Assembly: GCF_006345805.1 (NCBI RefSeq)
Contig: NW_021831845.1
Coordinates: 1 to 63,458 of the forward strand
Length of the DNA: 63,458 bases
Origin: Octopus sinensis
Taxonomy: Eukaryota
Direction of reading: 5' to 3'
Of the stretch, positions 26,403 through 39,055 are shown one piece after another. Each line of letters starts with the position of its first letter. The first letter of the stretch is position 1. The notes under the pieces were generated by a model. The model saw nothing but the letters and a program-made list of their open reading frames with translations, made no database searches and had not been told where the DNA came from. A program made the translations under genes and the position numbers.

Positions 26403-26497
26403 AATTATTATTATTATTATCGTTATTATTATTATTATTGTTATTATTATATTATATTATTATTATTATTATATTATTATTATTATTATTATTATTG
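26270..26497. repeat. (TAT)n tract with (TGT)/(TCT) start
   Basis: Seen directly. Confidence 0.95.
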
Positions 26498-26949
26498 TTC
26501 GGGGTGGAGAAACTCGCCATTTCGGGACGTGTTCTCTGTCACTCGTGTGATTGGAAAACATTTATAGAATAAAAAACTGAAAAATAAAAGAAGAAAGAAT
26601 CTTTTTTTTCTTTCTGTTGCACGGAACATGCTGAGAGATAAACTTTCCATTTGTATTATTTTCCTCGTTTGAAGAATTTTAAAAAAAAAAACCCGCTTTT
26701 ATTTGTCAAAAAATATTTTTCCCACCGCAAATCATTTCGATAGCAATTTAAAACTGCACAGAAATTACAAAAGTGTGCGCCATCACGGATGTGGAAAGAA
26801 AGGTAATGAGGTTGGCGATGGAGAGAAGATATCTTAGCTGTTATAATCTGTGGTAATAGCACTTAAGTACTTTATGTTTCGAGGATCTAGAATGCAAAAA
26901 TGTGAGAATGCAGCTAAGATCAGATGAACCAGTTACAACAGCAAGTCGC

Positions 26950-27700
26950 AGAAGATACTAACCCAATACCACCCACAATAAAATTATCAGATACAGTTCT
27001 GAGGAAGTAGAAAATCCACGTCACCTCCAAGACCAATAGTTCACGTTAGCTGCCTTTTTTGCGACTATACCCGAAATGATAAAAAAAACTTTGGAACGTT
27101 TGGTCATCTGTCCCATTACTTGAGGAAGATATTTATATAGTTTTGTTTAATTGCTTTTCCAGGTGCTTTCTTCTGGGGGGAATTAGTGGATAGTAATAGC
27201 TGGAAGTGTGGTACCAATAGAAAATACACCTAGAAGAATTTTGGAAAAAGGTTGATTCAGAGAATAAGATGAGTATCAAAAAATTATGGCAATTAAAAAC
27301 GCATAGTTGTGGGTACTAAGATTAACACTTGGAAAAATATACAGTAGGAACGACATTTCCACTAGTGAACACTTTTGTAAAGGCAGATACGTACAATTTG
27401 TCATGAGTAACTAAAACAAAAATTTGTTCTGCAAATACAAGTCTTACTACTATTAAGAGACAAAGAAAATGTCTGACATACATCGACTGTTGAGTAAATA
27501 AAGGAATATAGGAGAGATGTGACATGGAGGATAGTGCTTTCTTGCTCGAGGTCAATATCTGCACATGTGCAAGGAGAAAAGCAAATTGCAACTATCTTGT
27601 CAAAAATAGAGAAGGTCACCGCAACCCACAGAACAGTTAAGAGAAATGCTCGCGTCTGTGAGGCACAATATGTTTGCGCTGATTGAGAAGGAGTATGTGG
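26950..27700 (+). mobile_element. Highly decayed LINE reverse transcriptase (CR1/Jockey group)
   Basis: Collinear fragments across frames: LFNCF, WK/VVPI, RILEK, CKGR, HRLLSK*RNIG, RSISAHVQG. Their order matches RT subdomains 1-4. Very degenerate. Confidence 0.4.
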
Positions 27701-28057
27701 AAGTGTACTCCTGATTTATTAGCGAGGGTAATTCAGAGTTGGGGTTGGTCAGAGGCCTTGTGCTTCTTTTAGGACAATATGCCTTTCTGTAGTTGTACTG
27801 GGTTTTTACGATATTAGTTCGAATCTCGCTGATGTCAACTTCGGCGTAATTCCCTTCCTGGGTCCATAAAATGCAACGATACTATTGTAGAACTGAGGTC
27901 GATGGTGCCGGCCCTTCCTCTCTATGTTTTGATTTTGAGCTGAAATCACGAACAATTGTTAGAAGCTTGGTTGGTATCAGATGGTGAATGATAGAATCAG
28001 TAGAGCATCGGACAAAGCACCCTGCCATGTTTATTCCGTTTCTACGTCCTGAGTTCG
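27538..28057 (+). repeat. Local 520-bp duplication, copy 1
   Basis: Aligns end to end with 30717-31235, roughly 90-95% identical by eye. Confidence 0.95.
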
Positions 28058-28459
28058 AAATGGAAACAAGACAAAAGTAACAGCAAAATCTTTAACTTTG
28101 AAAATATATTATGCATAAAAATTATGAATAATGTGTGCGCTTTCAACCGATATAACATAAGAATACTAAATATATTTCTGTAATTTTTTCTTCATTTATG
28201 GAAACTCATAAACCAGTCTGTGCATTTCAAACTTCTGTTTTGCTGTTGTTGCTGTTGTTGTTATTGATGTTCTTCGCTCACCATTCTTCCCACCACACAC
28301 AAAAGACTATTTGTATTTATTATTAAGAAAGGGAACCACAATATGTTCGTTGTTTTCAAATTAATTCTTTAACCCACACCTACACACACACACACACACA
28401 CAACCCTTTACAGAAACAACAATGAAAACAAAACAAAAAGCAAATACAACAGAAAGGAG

Positions 28460-28499
28460 AAGAAGAAGAAAAGAAGAAGAAGAAGAAGAAGAATGTGAG

Positions 28500-28541
<42 letters not shown>

Positions 28542-28658
28542 GAGAAGAAGAAGAAGAAGAAGAAGAAGAAGAAGAAGAAGAAGAAGAAGAAGAAGAAGAA
28601 GAGAAGAAGAAGAAGAAAAGAAGAAGAGGAAGAGGAAGAAGAAGAACAACAACAACAA
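28460..28658. repeat. (GAA)n/(AAT)n tracts
   Basis: Seen directly. Confidence 0.95.
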
Positions 28659-29165
28659 TGAATTTATCCTCGTCGCCGTTTGAATATTTAACACAACAGC
28701 TGATTTTTATAAAACGCAGACGAATTAAAACTAGAAAAAGATCAATATTAATTATAAATATTATATCCTAAATTGGCAACTGTAAAGAGGAATGGAAATT
28801 TAAAAAGGAATATAATAGATGAAAATTCTGTGGCTGAAGAAAAAGTTCTTTTTTGTTTTGGTCATTTTTTGTTTTGTTCAAAAATCTTTCTTAACATATC
28901 GTTAATTGGTTGGAACAATAATTTCATCGATACCAGGCGAATAAGCTTCCAGACAAAATTCCTTTAAACGCTTCCCTCCATCCCCCCCACTGCATCCCCA
29001 CATCTATACCCCGACCCACCTCTGTTTCTCGAATATCGCTGTCTTAATGTTAAACTGGAAATCTAATTATGGCGGTTTTCTTGGTTAAAGAAAGTTTTTA
29101 GCTGGATAACAATGGAGAGAAATCTTATTAAAAGGTTTGGAGACCTACAGTCTGTTTGGTGTGAA

Positions 29166-29189
29166 ATAGTAGTAGTAGTAGTAGTAGTA

Positions 29190-29239
<50 letters not shown>

Positions 29240-29271
29240 ATACTAATAATAATAATAATAACAATAATAAC

Positions 29272-29303
<32 letters not shown>

Positions 29304-29338
29304 TAATCATAATAATAATAATAATAGTAATAATAATA

Positions 29339-29392
<54 letters not shown>

Positions 29393-29484
29393 TGGTGATG
29401 ATGATGATGATGATGATGGCGACGACGTCGATAACGATGAGGACGACGTTGACGAGGTCGATGACGAGGGCCATTATCATTATG

Positions 29485-29537
<53 letters not shown>

Positions 29538-29546
29538 CATCATCAA

Positions 29547-29596
<50 letters not shown>

Positions 29597-29623
29597 TATT
29601 ATTATTATTATTATTATCATCAT

Positions 29624-29655
<32 letters not shown>

Positions 29656-29800
29656 TTATTATCAATCATCATTATTATTATGATAATGGTGATGATGTTA
29701 ATAGTGATGGTAGTAGTGGTGATGGTGTTTTTGATGATGACGATAATGATATTAATGATGATAATAATAATGGGGGGGTTGATGGTGACGATGGTGGTGC
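29166..29800. repeat. (TAG)n-(AAT)n-(GAT/GAC)-(ATT)n trinucleotide field
   Basis: Seen directly. Confidence 0.95.
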
Positions 29801-30235
29801 TTTAAGTGAATTATCACAAATCTTTAAAATCTGTAGATATTCAGCTGTTTAGTATAATATTAGCATTTCTATTGATATGGTATGAAGTTTGTAATTCTCT
29901 GTGTGTATGTGTGAGGGTACATGTGTGTGTGTGTACGCACGCCGGTTTGTGCTTGGTGCGCGACCGTGTGTATGCATGTTTGTGTGTATGAGAGCTGGGT
30001 AGAATATTGATCTCTCGTCTTTTACTTTTTGCAGTCTTTGGAACGTAGCCATGTTGCGGAACCGTCTTGAAATATTCAGTCGAATAAATCGAACCCAGCC
30101 TCCGTTGACTTTACCTTGTATCCGAGGATTTATTTATTTGTTTGCTGAACGCTTCCTTTTATGGCGACAGCGTTGATGACTCTCGACCAATTCTTGCAAA
30201 GAAGAGTCGATGGCATACACTGCATGGAGGACGCT

Positions 30236-30446
30236 CTTTTACTATTTGACTTGTTTCAGTCATTTGACTGCGGCCATGCTGGAGCACCACCTTTAGTCGA
30301 GCAAATAGACCCCGGGACGTATTCTTTGTAAGCCCAGTATTTATTCTATCGGTCTCTTTTGCTGAACCGCTAAGCATCGGTTGTCAAGCAATGCTAGAGG
30401 GACAAACACAGACACACAAACATATACAAACACACACACACCCACA

Positions 30447-30510
<64 letters not shown>

Positions 30511-30680
30511 CATATATACGACAGGCTTCTTCAGTTTCTGTCTACCAAATCCACTCATAACGCTTTGGTCGGCCCGAGGCAATAGCAGAAGACACTTACC
30601 CAAGATGCCACGCTGTGGGACTGAACCCGGAACCATGTGGTTGGTTAGCAAGCTACTTAACACACAGCCACTCCTGCGCC
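30236..30680 (-). mobile_element. SINE family A, full length
   Basis: Head GGCGCAGGAGTGGCTGTGTG, internal (TA)n(TG)n tract, 3' module to GACTGAAACAAGT. Confidence 0.92.
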
Positions 30681-30716
30681 TATGATTTTGTCGACCTTTT
30701 CTCTTTTGTCGTTTGG

Positions 30717-31235
30717 TTTCTTGCTCGAGGTCAATATCTACAAATGTGCAAGGAGAAAAGCAAATTGCAACTATCTTGTCAAAAATAGAGAAGGTCACCG
30801 CAACCCACAGAACAGTTAGAAGAAATACTCGCGTCTGTGAGGCACAATATGTTGAATTAATTGAGAAGGAGTATGTGGAAGTGTACTCCTGATTTATTAG
30901 CGAGGGTAATTCAGAGTTGGGGTTGGTCAGAGGCCTTATCCATCTTTTAGGACAATATGCTTTTCTGTAGTTGTACTGGGTTTTTACGATATTAGTTCAA
31001 ATCTCGCTTATATCAACTTCGGCGTACTTCCCTTCCTAGGTCCATAAAATGCAACAATACAATTGCAGAACTGAGGTCGATGGTGCCGGCCTTTCCTCTC
31101 TATGTTTTGATTTTGAGATGAAATCACGAACAATTGTTAGAAGCTTGGTTGGTATCAGATGGTGAATGATAGAATCAGTAGAGCATCGGACAAAGCACCC
31201 TGCCATGTTTGTTCCGTTTCTACGTCCTGAGTTCG
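30717..31235 (+). repeat. Local 520-bp duplication, copy 2
   Basis: See 27538-28057. Confidence 0.95.
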
Positions 31236-31380
31236 TCCTGATGCGGTCTTGAGCTTGTATTTCAAAAGATTTAGGCTCAATTCCAGTAACTATTAGTGTT
31301 GCTTTGTGTTGGTCCATATACATTCTAAGAGGACAAACCCATTTTTTTTTTTTAAGAGTGATGCCTATTCTTACTTTTCC

Positions 31381-31476
31381 TATAGCAGAAGACACTTGCC
31401 CAAGGTGCCATGCAGTGGGAATGATCCCGGAATCATGTGGTTGGTAAGTAAGCTACGTACCACACAGCCACTCCTG
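31381..31476 (-). mobile_element. SINE family A head fragment
   Basis: Matches the first ~95 bp of family A. Confidence 0.85.
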
Positions 31477-31479
31477 TTC

Positions 31480-31551
<72 letters not shown>

Positions 31552-31617
31552 AGGTCCCGGGTTGAGTCGGGGTTAACCACAGTAAATAAGTTACTCAATA
31601 CATAGCAGAGTAAAGTA

Positions 31618-31732
31618 ATTTATTTTATAGAAGGAGCTTCTACAGGACTAGAACTGTTTCATTCAGCTTCCTGAAGATTTCATCTGAATGAAACAGTTCT
31701 AGTCCTGTAGAAGCTCCTTCTATAAAATAAAT
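31618..31732. repeat. Perfect inverted repeat, 49-bp arms, 17-bp spacer
   Basis: 31618-31666 is the exact reverse complement of 31684-31732. Confidence 0.97.
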
Positions 31733-31746
31733 AAATAAATATATAT

Positions 31747-31796
<50 letters not shown>

Positions 31797-32359
31797 CCCG
31801 TTTGACGCACACATTCCTGTAATCCTTTACTGTTGTTTAAGTCGTGAAGGAACATAAGTCAATACACTTTATCTCAACAGGCTGTGTTGGAGCATCATTA
31901 AAGACCACTTGTCTATTTGGAATATAGTGTGAAAGAGAAAACACGGCGGCGGTCATAAAGTTCCGATCATTGAAAGTCGATGGACAGAAAATACTTCAAA
32001 ATTACAGGAAAAAATAACGAAACATTTAGCAATGCTCAAATATAGTGAAAAGGATGGATGAGACTGCTTACATAGCATTTTAAAATCAGTGAAAGTAGAA
32101 ATTGAGAAGATAAATTAACAGAAGGACCTCGACTGATAAAACTTTTAGCAATCGTCGTTAGTAGAAAATATTTGGTATTTGAAGAGGTGAGCAGCAGCTG
32201 TAAGGAATTGGTTGTTTGGTACTGAACGTCATGATGAAGATTGTGAAGATCATCTTTATTTTTATCATCGTCATCTTCTGCAACAACCTTAATCATCGTG
32301 ATTTCTTATCATCGTCGACATCATTTGTCAGTATCATCATCAATATTATCGTCCAAATG

Positions 32360-32548
32360 TCACCACCACCACCACCACCACCACCACCACCACCACCACC
32401 GCCGCCGCCGCCGCCACCACCACCACCACTACCACCACTACCACCACCACCACCGCCGCCGCCGCCGCCACCACCATCACCACCACCACCACCACCACCA
32501 TCATCATCATCAGCAGCAGCATAATTATCATCATCATCATCATCATGA
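32360..32548. repeat. (CCA)n/(CCG)n/(CAT)n tract
   Basis: Seen directly; source of poly-P/poly-H ORFs. Confidence 0.95.
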
Positions 32549-32869
32549 TTATTACCAGCGTCCGTATCGCCTTCCTCACCTTCCTCATCTGGCTTTTCGT
32601 CATGGCTTTCAACATCTTAGCCGTCAAGTCTAGTTTGCTAACGCCACTATAGAGAGACCGAAAGAGTCCCTTGAGGAATGACAATATTGTCAGCTGTCTT
32701 ATTCACTAAGATTCAAACGATTGTCACACGAAATTAATATTTGCAAATAGGAACAACTAGATAAGTCTTAGTGGTGTGATCAGGTGGTCTACATCATTAC
32801 TACTGAACTCGTTATATTTGTGAAACGTTTGCCAATAACTTCTGCAATTGAACATAAACATAAATACAA

Positions 32870-33100
32870 ACATACATACATACATACACACACACACATA
32901 CATACATACATACATACATACATACATACATACATACATTCGTACGTACATACATACATACATACATACATACATACATGCATACATACGTACGTACATA
33001 CATGCATACATACATACATACATGCATACATAATACATACATACATACATACATACATACATACATACATACATACATACATACATACATACATACATGC
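32870..33100. repeat. (TACA)n microsatellite
   Basis: Seen directly. Confidence 0.95.
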
Positions 33101-33473
33101 ACCTACACAGACAGACAGAGAGACACACGCACACACACAATATATACGTATATATGTTTATGAATTTGTGTTGCAAGATTCTTGATGTGAAACAGTGTGT
33201 TAAAACAGATATTGTTGTTTTTCGGTTTAGTCATTTAATTTTTTTTGTTGTTGCCAAATAAACACACGCACTATCAACATGTTCTTCCCTCCTCTATTGC
33301 TGTTCTTATTTTGAATCATGTCCACTGTCCGGAAAAGTTCGTCACACTTCTACGAATACTTCAGGGACACTTTCCGTCCTTGTCTGTGCGCCTGCTCCGC
33401 TTAGTCCATTCTCTTATGAAGAAATGACCACCCTAAAATACAACACGCACACACACACACACACACATTTCTA

Positions 33474-33634
33474 GGCGCAGGAGTGGCTGCGTGGTAAGAT
33501 GCTTGCTTCCTAACCACATGGTTCTGGGTTCGATTTCACTGCGTGGCGTTTGAGAAGATGTTTTCTACTATAGCCTCAGACCAACAAAAGCCTTGCGAGT
33601 GGATTTGTAGACGGAAACTGAAAGAAGCACGTCG
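33474..33634 (+). mobile_element. SINE family A head module followed by (TA)n(TG)n; 3' module absent
   Basis: GGCGCAGGAGTGGCTGCGTGG…GGGTTCGATTTC…ACGGAAACTGAAAGAAGCACGTCG. Confidence 0.88.
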
Positions 33635-33706
<72 letters not shown>

Positions 33707-34607
33707 GGTGTGTGAGGTGTGTGTGGTTTGTGTGTGGGGTGTGGGTGAGTGTAGTGTGTGTGGTGTGTGTGTGTGTGTGTGTGTGGTGTGTGGTGTGTGG
33801 TGTGTGGGTGGTGTGATATTTGTAAACAATCTCTAAAGTTATGGAGAGAAAGCTACTTTGGAAAACTCATGGTATAATAACTGTATAATAATATATCATA
33901 ATTACATTTTATTCTCCAATTTGAAGCGATAATTTTTTAATACAGTTTAAGTATATATTAACTAAATTTGGCAGAAATTGATGGGTGAACGTTTGGCCGA
34001 ATCGGAAGCGCAAGGACCATGTTAGCGTAATGAAGGAATGCAGTACACCTTGGTTTCAGGAAACTTAGTTTTGAATTTTGCCTTGATGTATTTTTTAATG
34101 TTTAGCTGTTATTTTTGCTGACATTTTTCCTTTTCCCTGATTTTTTTTTTCTGAAATACGAACGCTTTAATAACTGTGGTCAAATCAATATTTTTAGAGT
34201 TAAATGTAAATATTCATGGCAAAAGCATTCTTCTTGTTGTAATCCTTTACGCCTTATATTGATTAAATATTTTGGTCTGCTGCTATCATCACAACTCTAA
34301 TTTCGGCGTTACATTTAACTCTTTGACTACGAAATTAAATTTAACGATCATTCCTGTAATGATGGGAATTATTCACTAAAAAATTTAGACTTGATATTTT
34401 TCTGCTTCCTACAGTATTTTGTCTCTTGCTCTGTAAATAAATATCTGATGAAATATAACGATAAACTTCAGAAGGTCTGCAAAATTGTCTTATGTAAGAA
34501 GTATCACTGGGGAGGTGTATTCGTTTCTCGCGACACAAAACCGCTCCCTGCAGTTTAAGGAAATAAAATTTGAAGTGGACATATCCACTTTCATCGTTGA
34601 AAGGGTT

Positions 34608-34991
34608 GGAAGCACTCCGTCGGTTACAACGACGAGGGTTCCGGTTGATCCGATCAACGGAACAGCCGGATCGTGAAATTTTCGTGTAAGTGGCTGAGCA
34701 CTCCACAGACACGTGTACCCTTAACGTAGTTCTCGGGAGATTCAGTGTGACACAGAGAGTAACAAAGGCCGGCCCTTTGAAATACAGGTACAACAGAAAC
34801 AGGAAGTAAGAGTGAGAGAAAGTTGTGGTGAAAGAGTACAGCAGGGATCACCACCATCCCCTGCCGGAGCCTCGTGGAGCTTTAGGTGTTTTCGCTCAAT
34901 AAACACTCACAACGCCCGGTCTGGGAATCGAAACCGCGTTCCTATGACCGCGAGTCCGCTGCCCTAACCACAGGGCCATTGCGCCTCCACC
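34608..34991 (-). mobile_element. SINE family C, full length with 14-bp TSD
   Basis: TCGTTGAAAGGGTT is repeated exactly at 34594-34607 and 34992-35005. Homologous to 20016-20358. Confidence 0.95.
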
Positions 34992-35951
34992 TCGTTGAAA
35001 GGGTTACTTGTCATGTGACACTGCAAATGCGCCGTCCATTTTTTTGCGTCATGATTCGATTTTTCTGGTGCAGGTGAAAACTAATAGAATTATTTTGTTT
35101 CTGTTGTCTCATTCGGATCGTTTTGCTTTTTGATGTAACATATTTTGAAATGTTTCCTACAATAAATTAACCAATAAATATTTAATTCAGTTATACAAGG
35201 GTCTTCTCACCGACACCGTCCACACTCTTGGATTCCGTGAAATAAACGTTTTCTACATTATTCTTTAATTCTGGCACTGGCATGCCTATGCTTCTGATTT
35301 CTTATTCTGGCAGCAACCGTATAACAGTTCTTATTTTCTTCATATTTCATTCTCTGTCGATAATACTTGGTTTGATTTCTCTGCCGAACAGAGCTTCCAT
35401 ACAATATCCAACATTAAATTTACGAAAGTTTAACTGATTTTTAAGTGCGATGACCACCTATCTACTTACAATAATTTAACTTTACAACACTTTATCTCGT
35501 TGATACGAAATACACAGTTATTTATGCCCCTTTTCCATTAAACTTTTTCAGCGAAAATCTATCTAATTGACTTGTCAATGTCCATTTTCACAAATATATT
35601 CATGAAAACAGTCGCAAATTGATTTTACCGTTTCTAGATATAGAAATCTCCTTTTCTTTATTTAATCACGTGCTGTAGAGTTATTGTTGCATTATAATAC
35701 CAGAGAGATACGCCGAGATTTACTCTAACGATTCGTAAATATCAAAATATATGTAAATTTTATACAACTAATAATTTTTTGTGTACTAACAAAGCAGCCT
35801 TTTAAATTTCCTAACTTAGTCACTTTATCTTGCCTTGAGTGGTCAACTCTTTGGTGGAGCCGTACGGAAGCCGTCACGACAGCCAGCTTGTCATTCATTT
35901 CTAGATCCGCCGGAGCTCGTACTGCCCTAGATTTGGCCAGAGACCGTCACC

Positions 35952-36055
<104 letters not shown>

Positions 36056-36078
36056 AAGAAGAAGACATTTTCCCCAGG

Positions 36079-36122
36079 ACACCTGATGAAAGCAGGAGGG
36101 TATATGAGGCGAAACGTTGTGT
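36079..36122 (+). ncRNA. Minimal type-I hammerhead ribozyme motif (stem II disrupted)
   Basis: ACAC-CTGATGA-A-AGCAG(GAGGGTATAT)GAGGC-GAAA-CGTT-GTGT. Core, stem I (ACAC/GTGT) and palindromic AACGTT stem III are intact. Confidence 0.6.
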
Positions 36123-36234
36123 TAACAACAAACAAGATGAGGACAAATATACGTCGAATGTAAATAATGTAAATAATGTAAGTAATGCTCACATTGACTG
36201 TTTAAAGGTTACCGCTATGTAAGCCAGGATTAAG

Positions 36235-36372
36235 AAATCCCTATCGAATACTTTCTTTAACCGAAATCAGAAAATAATAAATCTACTCTCAGTACAACAA
36301 AAACTGAAGACATTAACCACATCATTGCCAACTGTGAAAGATTGTCTTCTGGATATTATCTTCCCATGATAT
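36235..36372 (+). mobile_element. R4/Dong-like RLE fragment (zinc-knuckle region)
   Basis: IPIEYFL…EDINHIIANCERLSSGYYLPM aligns with EDITHIISSCPKMSSRFYLPM of the 38.2-38.6 kb copy. Confidence 0.6.
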
Positions 36373-37399
36373 TATATTTTATACTATATATATATTATGA
36401 TTTTATTATTTATTATATTATATATTATATTATATTTATATATAATATAATATTATATTTTATAGAATATTTATATAATATATTTTATATAATATTTTAC
36501 ATATATTTTATATATCTTCCCATGATATTATCTTCTCATGATGCTCTGTCTTCGTTTGTTCCATGACCTCCGCCCGCGATATGTGTAAGTGTGTGGAGTA
36601 TGTGGATGTTGGCCATATTAGACAGTCCAAATAACAACTCTGTTGACAGGATAAAAGCACAACCGTTTATTACCTGTTTGATCAATTAATTAATTATTGA
36701 CTTCAACATATGCCCAACCAGCTGTTGCTCTAACTTCTACTGACAACTTTGATAAAGCATTCGGGTATGCGCGCTCGTGTGTGTGTTAAGTGTGTGTATA
36801 TGTATGTGCGTTGTAATATGATATTTGTGGGTATTAAGCTTAGAGTACCTTGACTGAACTGGTGACATAACTACAAGGGATCAGTGGCCATTCGATCGGC
36901 TAAAAATAGCAGCCAAAATATTTTGACGAAACCGTATACATAAGGTCATTATCTCTACTTTTCCTTTTTTAAAACATGTTTACAAAAGACAGAATAAATT
37001 GAATAAAATAACGGCCATCTTCGAGTACGAGAGTTCTTTGCAATTTATCATATGAATGATACCGTGAGTACTATCACTCGAGCAATATGACTTTTGAAAC
37101 AAACGAAAGCAAATATAACTGTAGCAATTATATTTTTATAAGGAAATTCAAATAAATATTGTTCAAGCATTAAAGTATTTGCGAGCTGTTTTCGAACACA
37201 ACCGGAAATATTCACAACGAAGAAAAATCATTTGCATTACCAGTTTTACAAAAGTGAAAACGATGAGTGTTATCCTAACTTTGAAATTTGGAAAATAAAT
37301 GTCTGACTCACTTACCCTAGATGCACACGCACACACACGACGTGTATAACTTTCTAGAAGTATAGATTTCTGTCTGTCTGTCTGTATGTGTGTATCTGT

Positions 37400-37405
37400 C
37401 TATCA

Positions 37406-37436
<31 letters not shown>

Positions 37437-37521
37437 TATATTATATATTATATATATATATAAAAGCCGGACTAGACTATTTTATGCGCAACTCCATTGT
37501 CTCCCGAGACAAAAACGATGC

Positions 37522-37590
<69 letters not shown>

Positions 37591-37624
37591 GCATAATATA
37601 TATATATATAATATATATATAATA

Positions 37625-37655
<31 letters not shown>

Positions 37656-37671
37656 ATCTATATATATATCC

Positions 37672-37710
<39 letters not shown>

Positions 37711-37783
37711 ATATATATATAAAAGCCGGACTAGACTATTTTATGCGCAACTCCATTGTCTCCCCAGACAAAACGATGCCAAC

Positions 37784-37850
<67 letters not shown>

Positions 37851-37995
37851 CATATATATATATATATAATATCTATATATATATATATATATATATATTA
37901 ATATATATATATTATATATATATATATATATATAATACTATATATATATATATATATATACTATATATATATTATATAATTATATATAGATAGAT
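37400..37995. repeat. (TA)n field with two copies of a 65-bp island
   Basis: Islands at 37462-37526 and 37721-37784 differ by one substitution and one homopolymer base. Confidence 0.92.
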
Positions 37996-38189
37996 ATAAA
38001 TGTTATAAGAATTATCTTCCCTATACCGGAGCTCTCAAGGTTGGATTTTAAGTTCTTCACTTGGAAGCCATGATTGATTCGCGAAGAGGGAATTTCCAAA
38101 AAGATAAGGTAATATTTCGTTTTCATATTTTTCTTATTGTTATTTTTTATTCCTCATTTTTGTTCCTTATTTAGTAATGAAAAAATTAT

Positions 38190-38641
38190 TGTGACGATTT
38201 ATAGTCCTATAATTTTGATTGTCATGCCTTTATATAGGATGTAAATAGTAAAACAGCTAATTTCCACAACTGTACACAGTTTCTCTTCTCTATCCCAAAT
38301 CATTACATCAGGTCTCCTGTGCTTATATTCTATTGAGGTCATTCCACCAGTGCTCCTTTTTATTATGAATATCTATGGCTTCTACCATACTGCGGGTTCT
38401 TATTTATTTTGTCCTCGGTGTTATCCTTCCGACAGATTTCATTATAGAGCGTCCAAGCTACAACATTATGTCTCATCGGTAGATAAAACCGTGATGACAT
38501 TTTCGGGCAACTGCTTATGATATGGGTGATATCTTCGGTGTTAACTCCACAATGTCGGTATCGGTTATCACACTTTACAATCTTTCCTGCATCTCTATTC
38601 CTTTTGTGTATCAGATATTTGGTTGATATTTCCTGTTCCAT
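38190..38641 (-). mobile_element. R4/Dong-like RLE non-LTR retrotransposon remnant
   Basis: EQEISTKYLIHKRNRD…KCDNRYRHCGVNTEDITHIISSCPKMSSRFYLPMRHNVVA, then HWWN and DVMIWDREEKLCTVVEISC. Same family as 10930-11690. Confidence 0.88.
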
Positions 38642-38644
38642 GTA

Positions 38645-39055
38645 TTTATGTATGTTTGTATGTATGTATGTATGTATGTATGTATGTATGCATGTATGTA
38701 TGTGTGTATGTATGTTTGTATGTATGTATGTGTGTATGTATGTATGTATGTGTGTATGTATGTATGTATGTGTATGTTTGTATGTATGTATGTGTGTGTG
38801 TATGTATGTATGTATGTATGTATGTATGTGTGTATGTGTGTATGTATGTTTGTATGTATGTATGTATGTATGTATGTATGTATGTGTGTATGTATGTTTG
38901 TATGTATGTTATGTGTGTGTATGTATGTATGTATGTATGTATGTATGTGTGTATGTATGTTTGTATGTGTGTATGTATGTATGTATGTGTGTATGTATGT
39001 ATGAGTGTATGTATGTATGTATGTATGTATATATGTATGCGTGTATGTGTGTATT
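38645..39055. repeat. (TATG)n/(TGTG) microsatellite
   Basis: Seen directly. Confidence 0.95.

Noticed and set aside
32346-32684. Minus ORF MSFLKGLFRSLYSGVSKLDLTAKMLKAMTKSQMRKVRKAIRTLVII, resembling a GPCR ICL3/TM6 or a real N-terminus
   Set aside because: The underlying DNA is a decaying GAT/GAG/GGT triplet tract (another frame gives DEEGEEGD…). It runs into poly-M/V, with no supporting exons.
35840-35950. GC-rich stretch translating to ARTALDLARDR, like an RTE/CR1 C-terminus
   Set aside because: Too short and a single weak motif.
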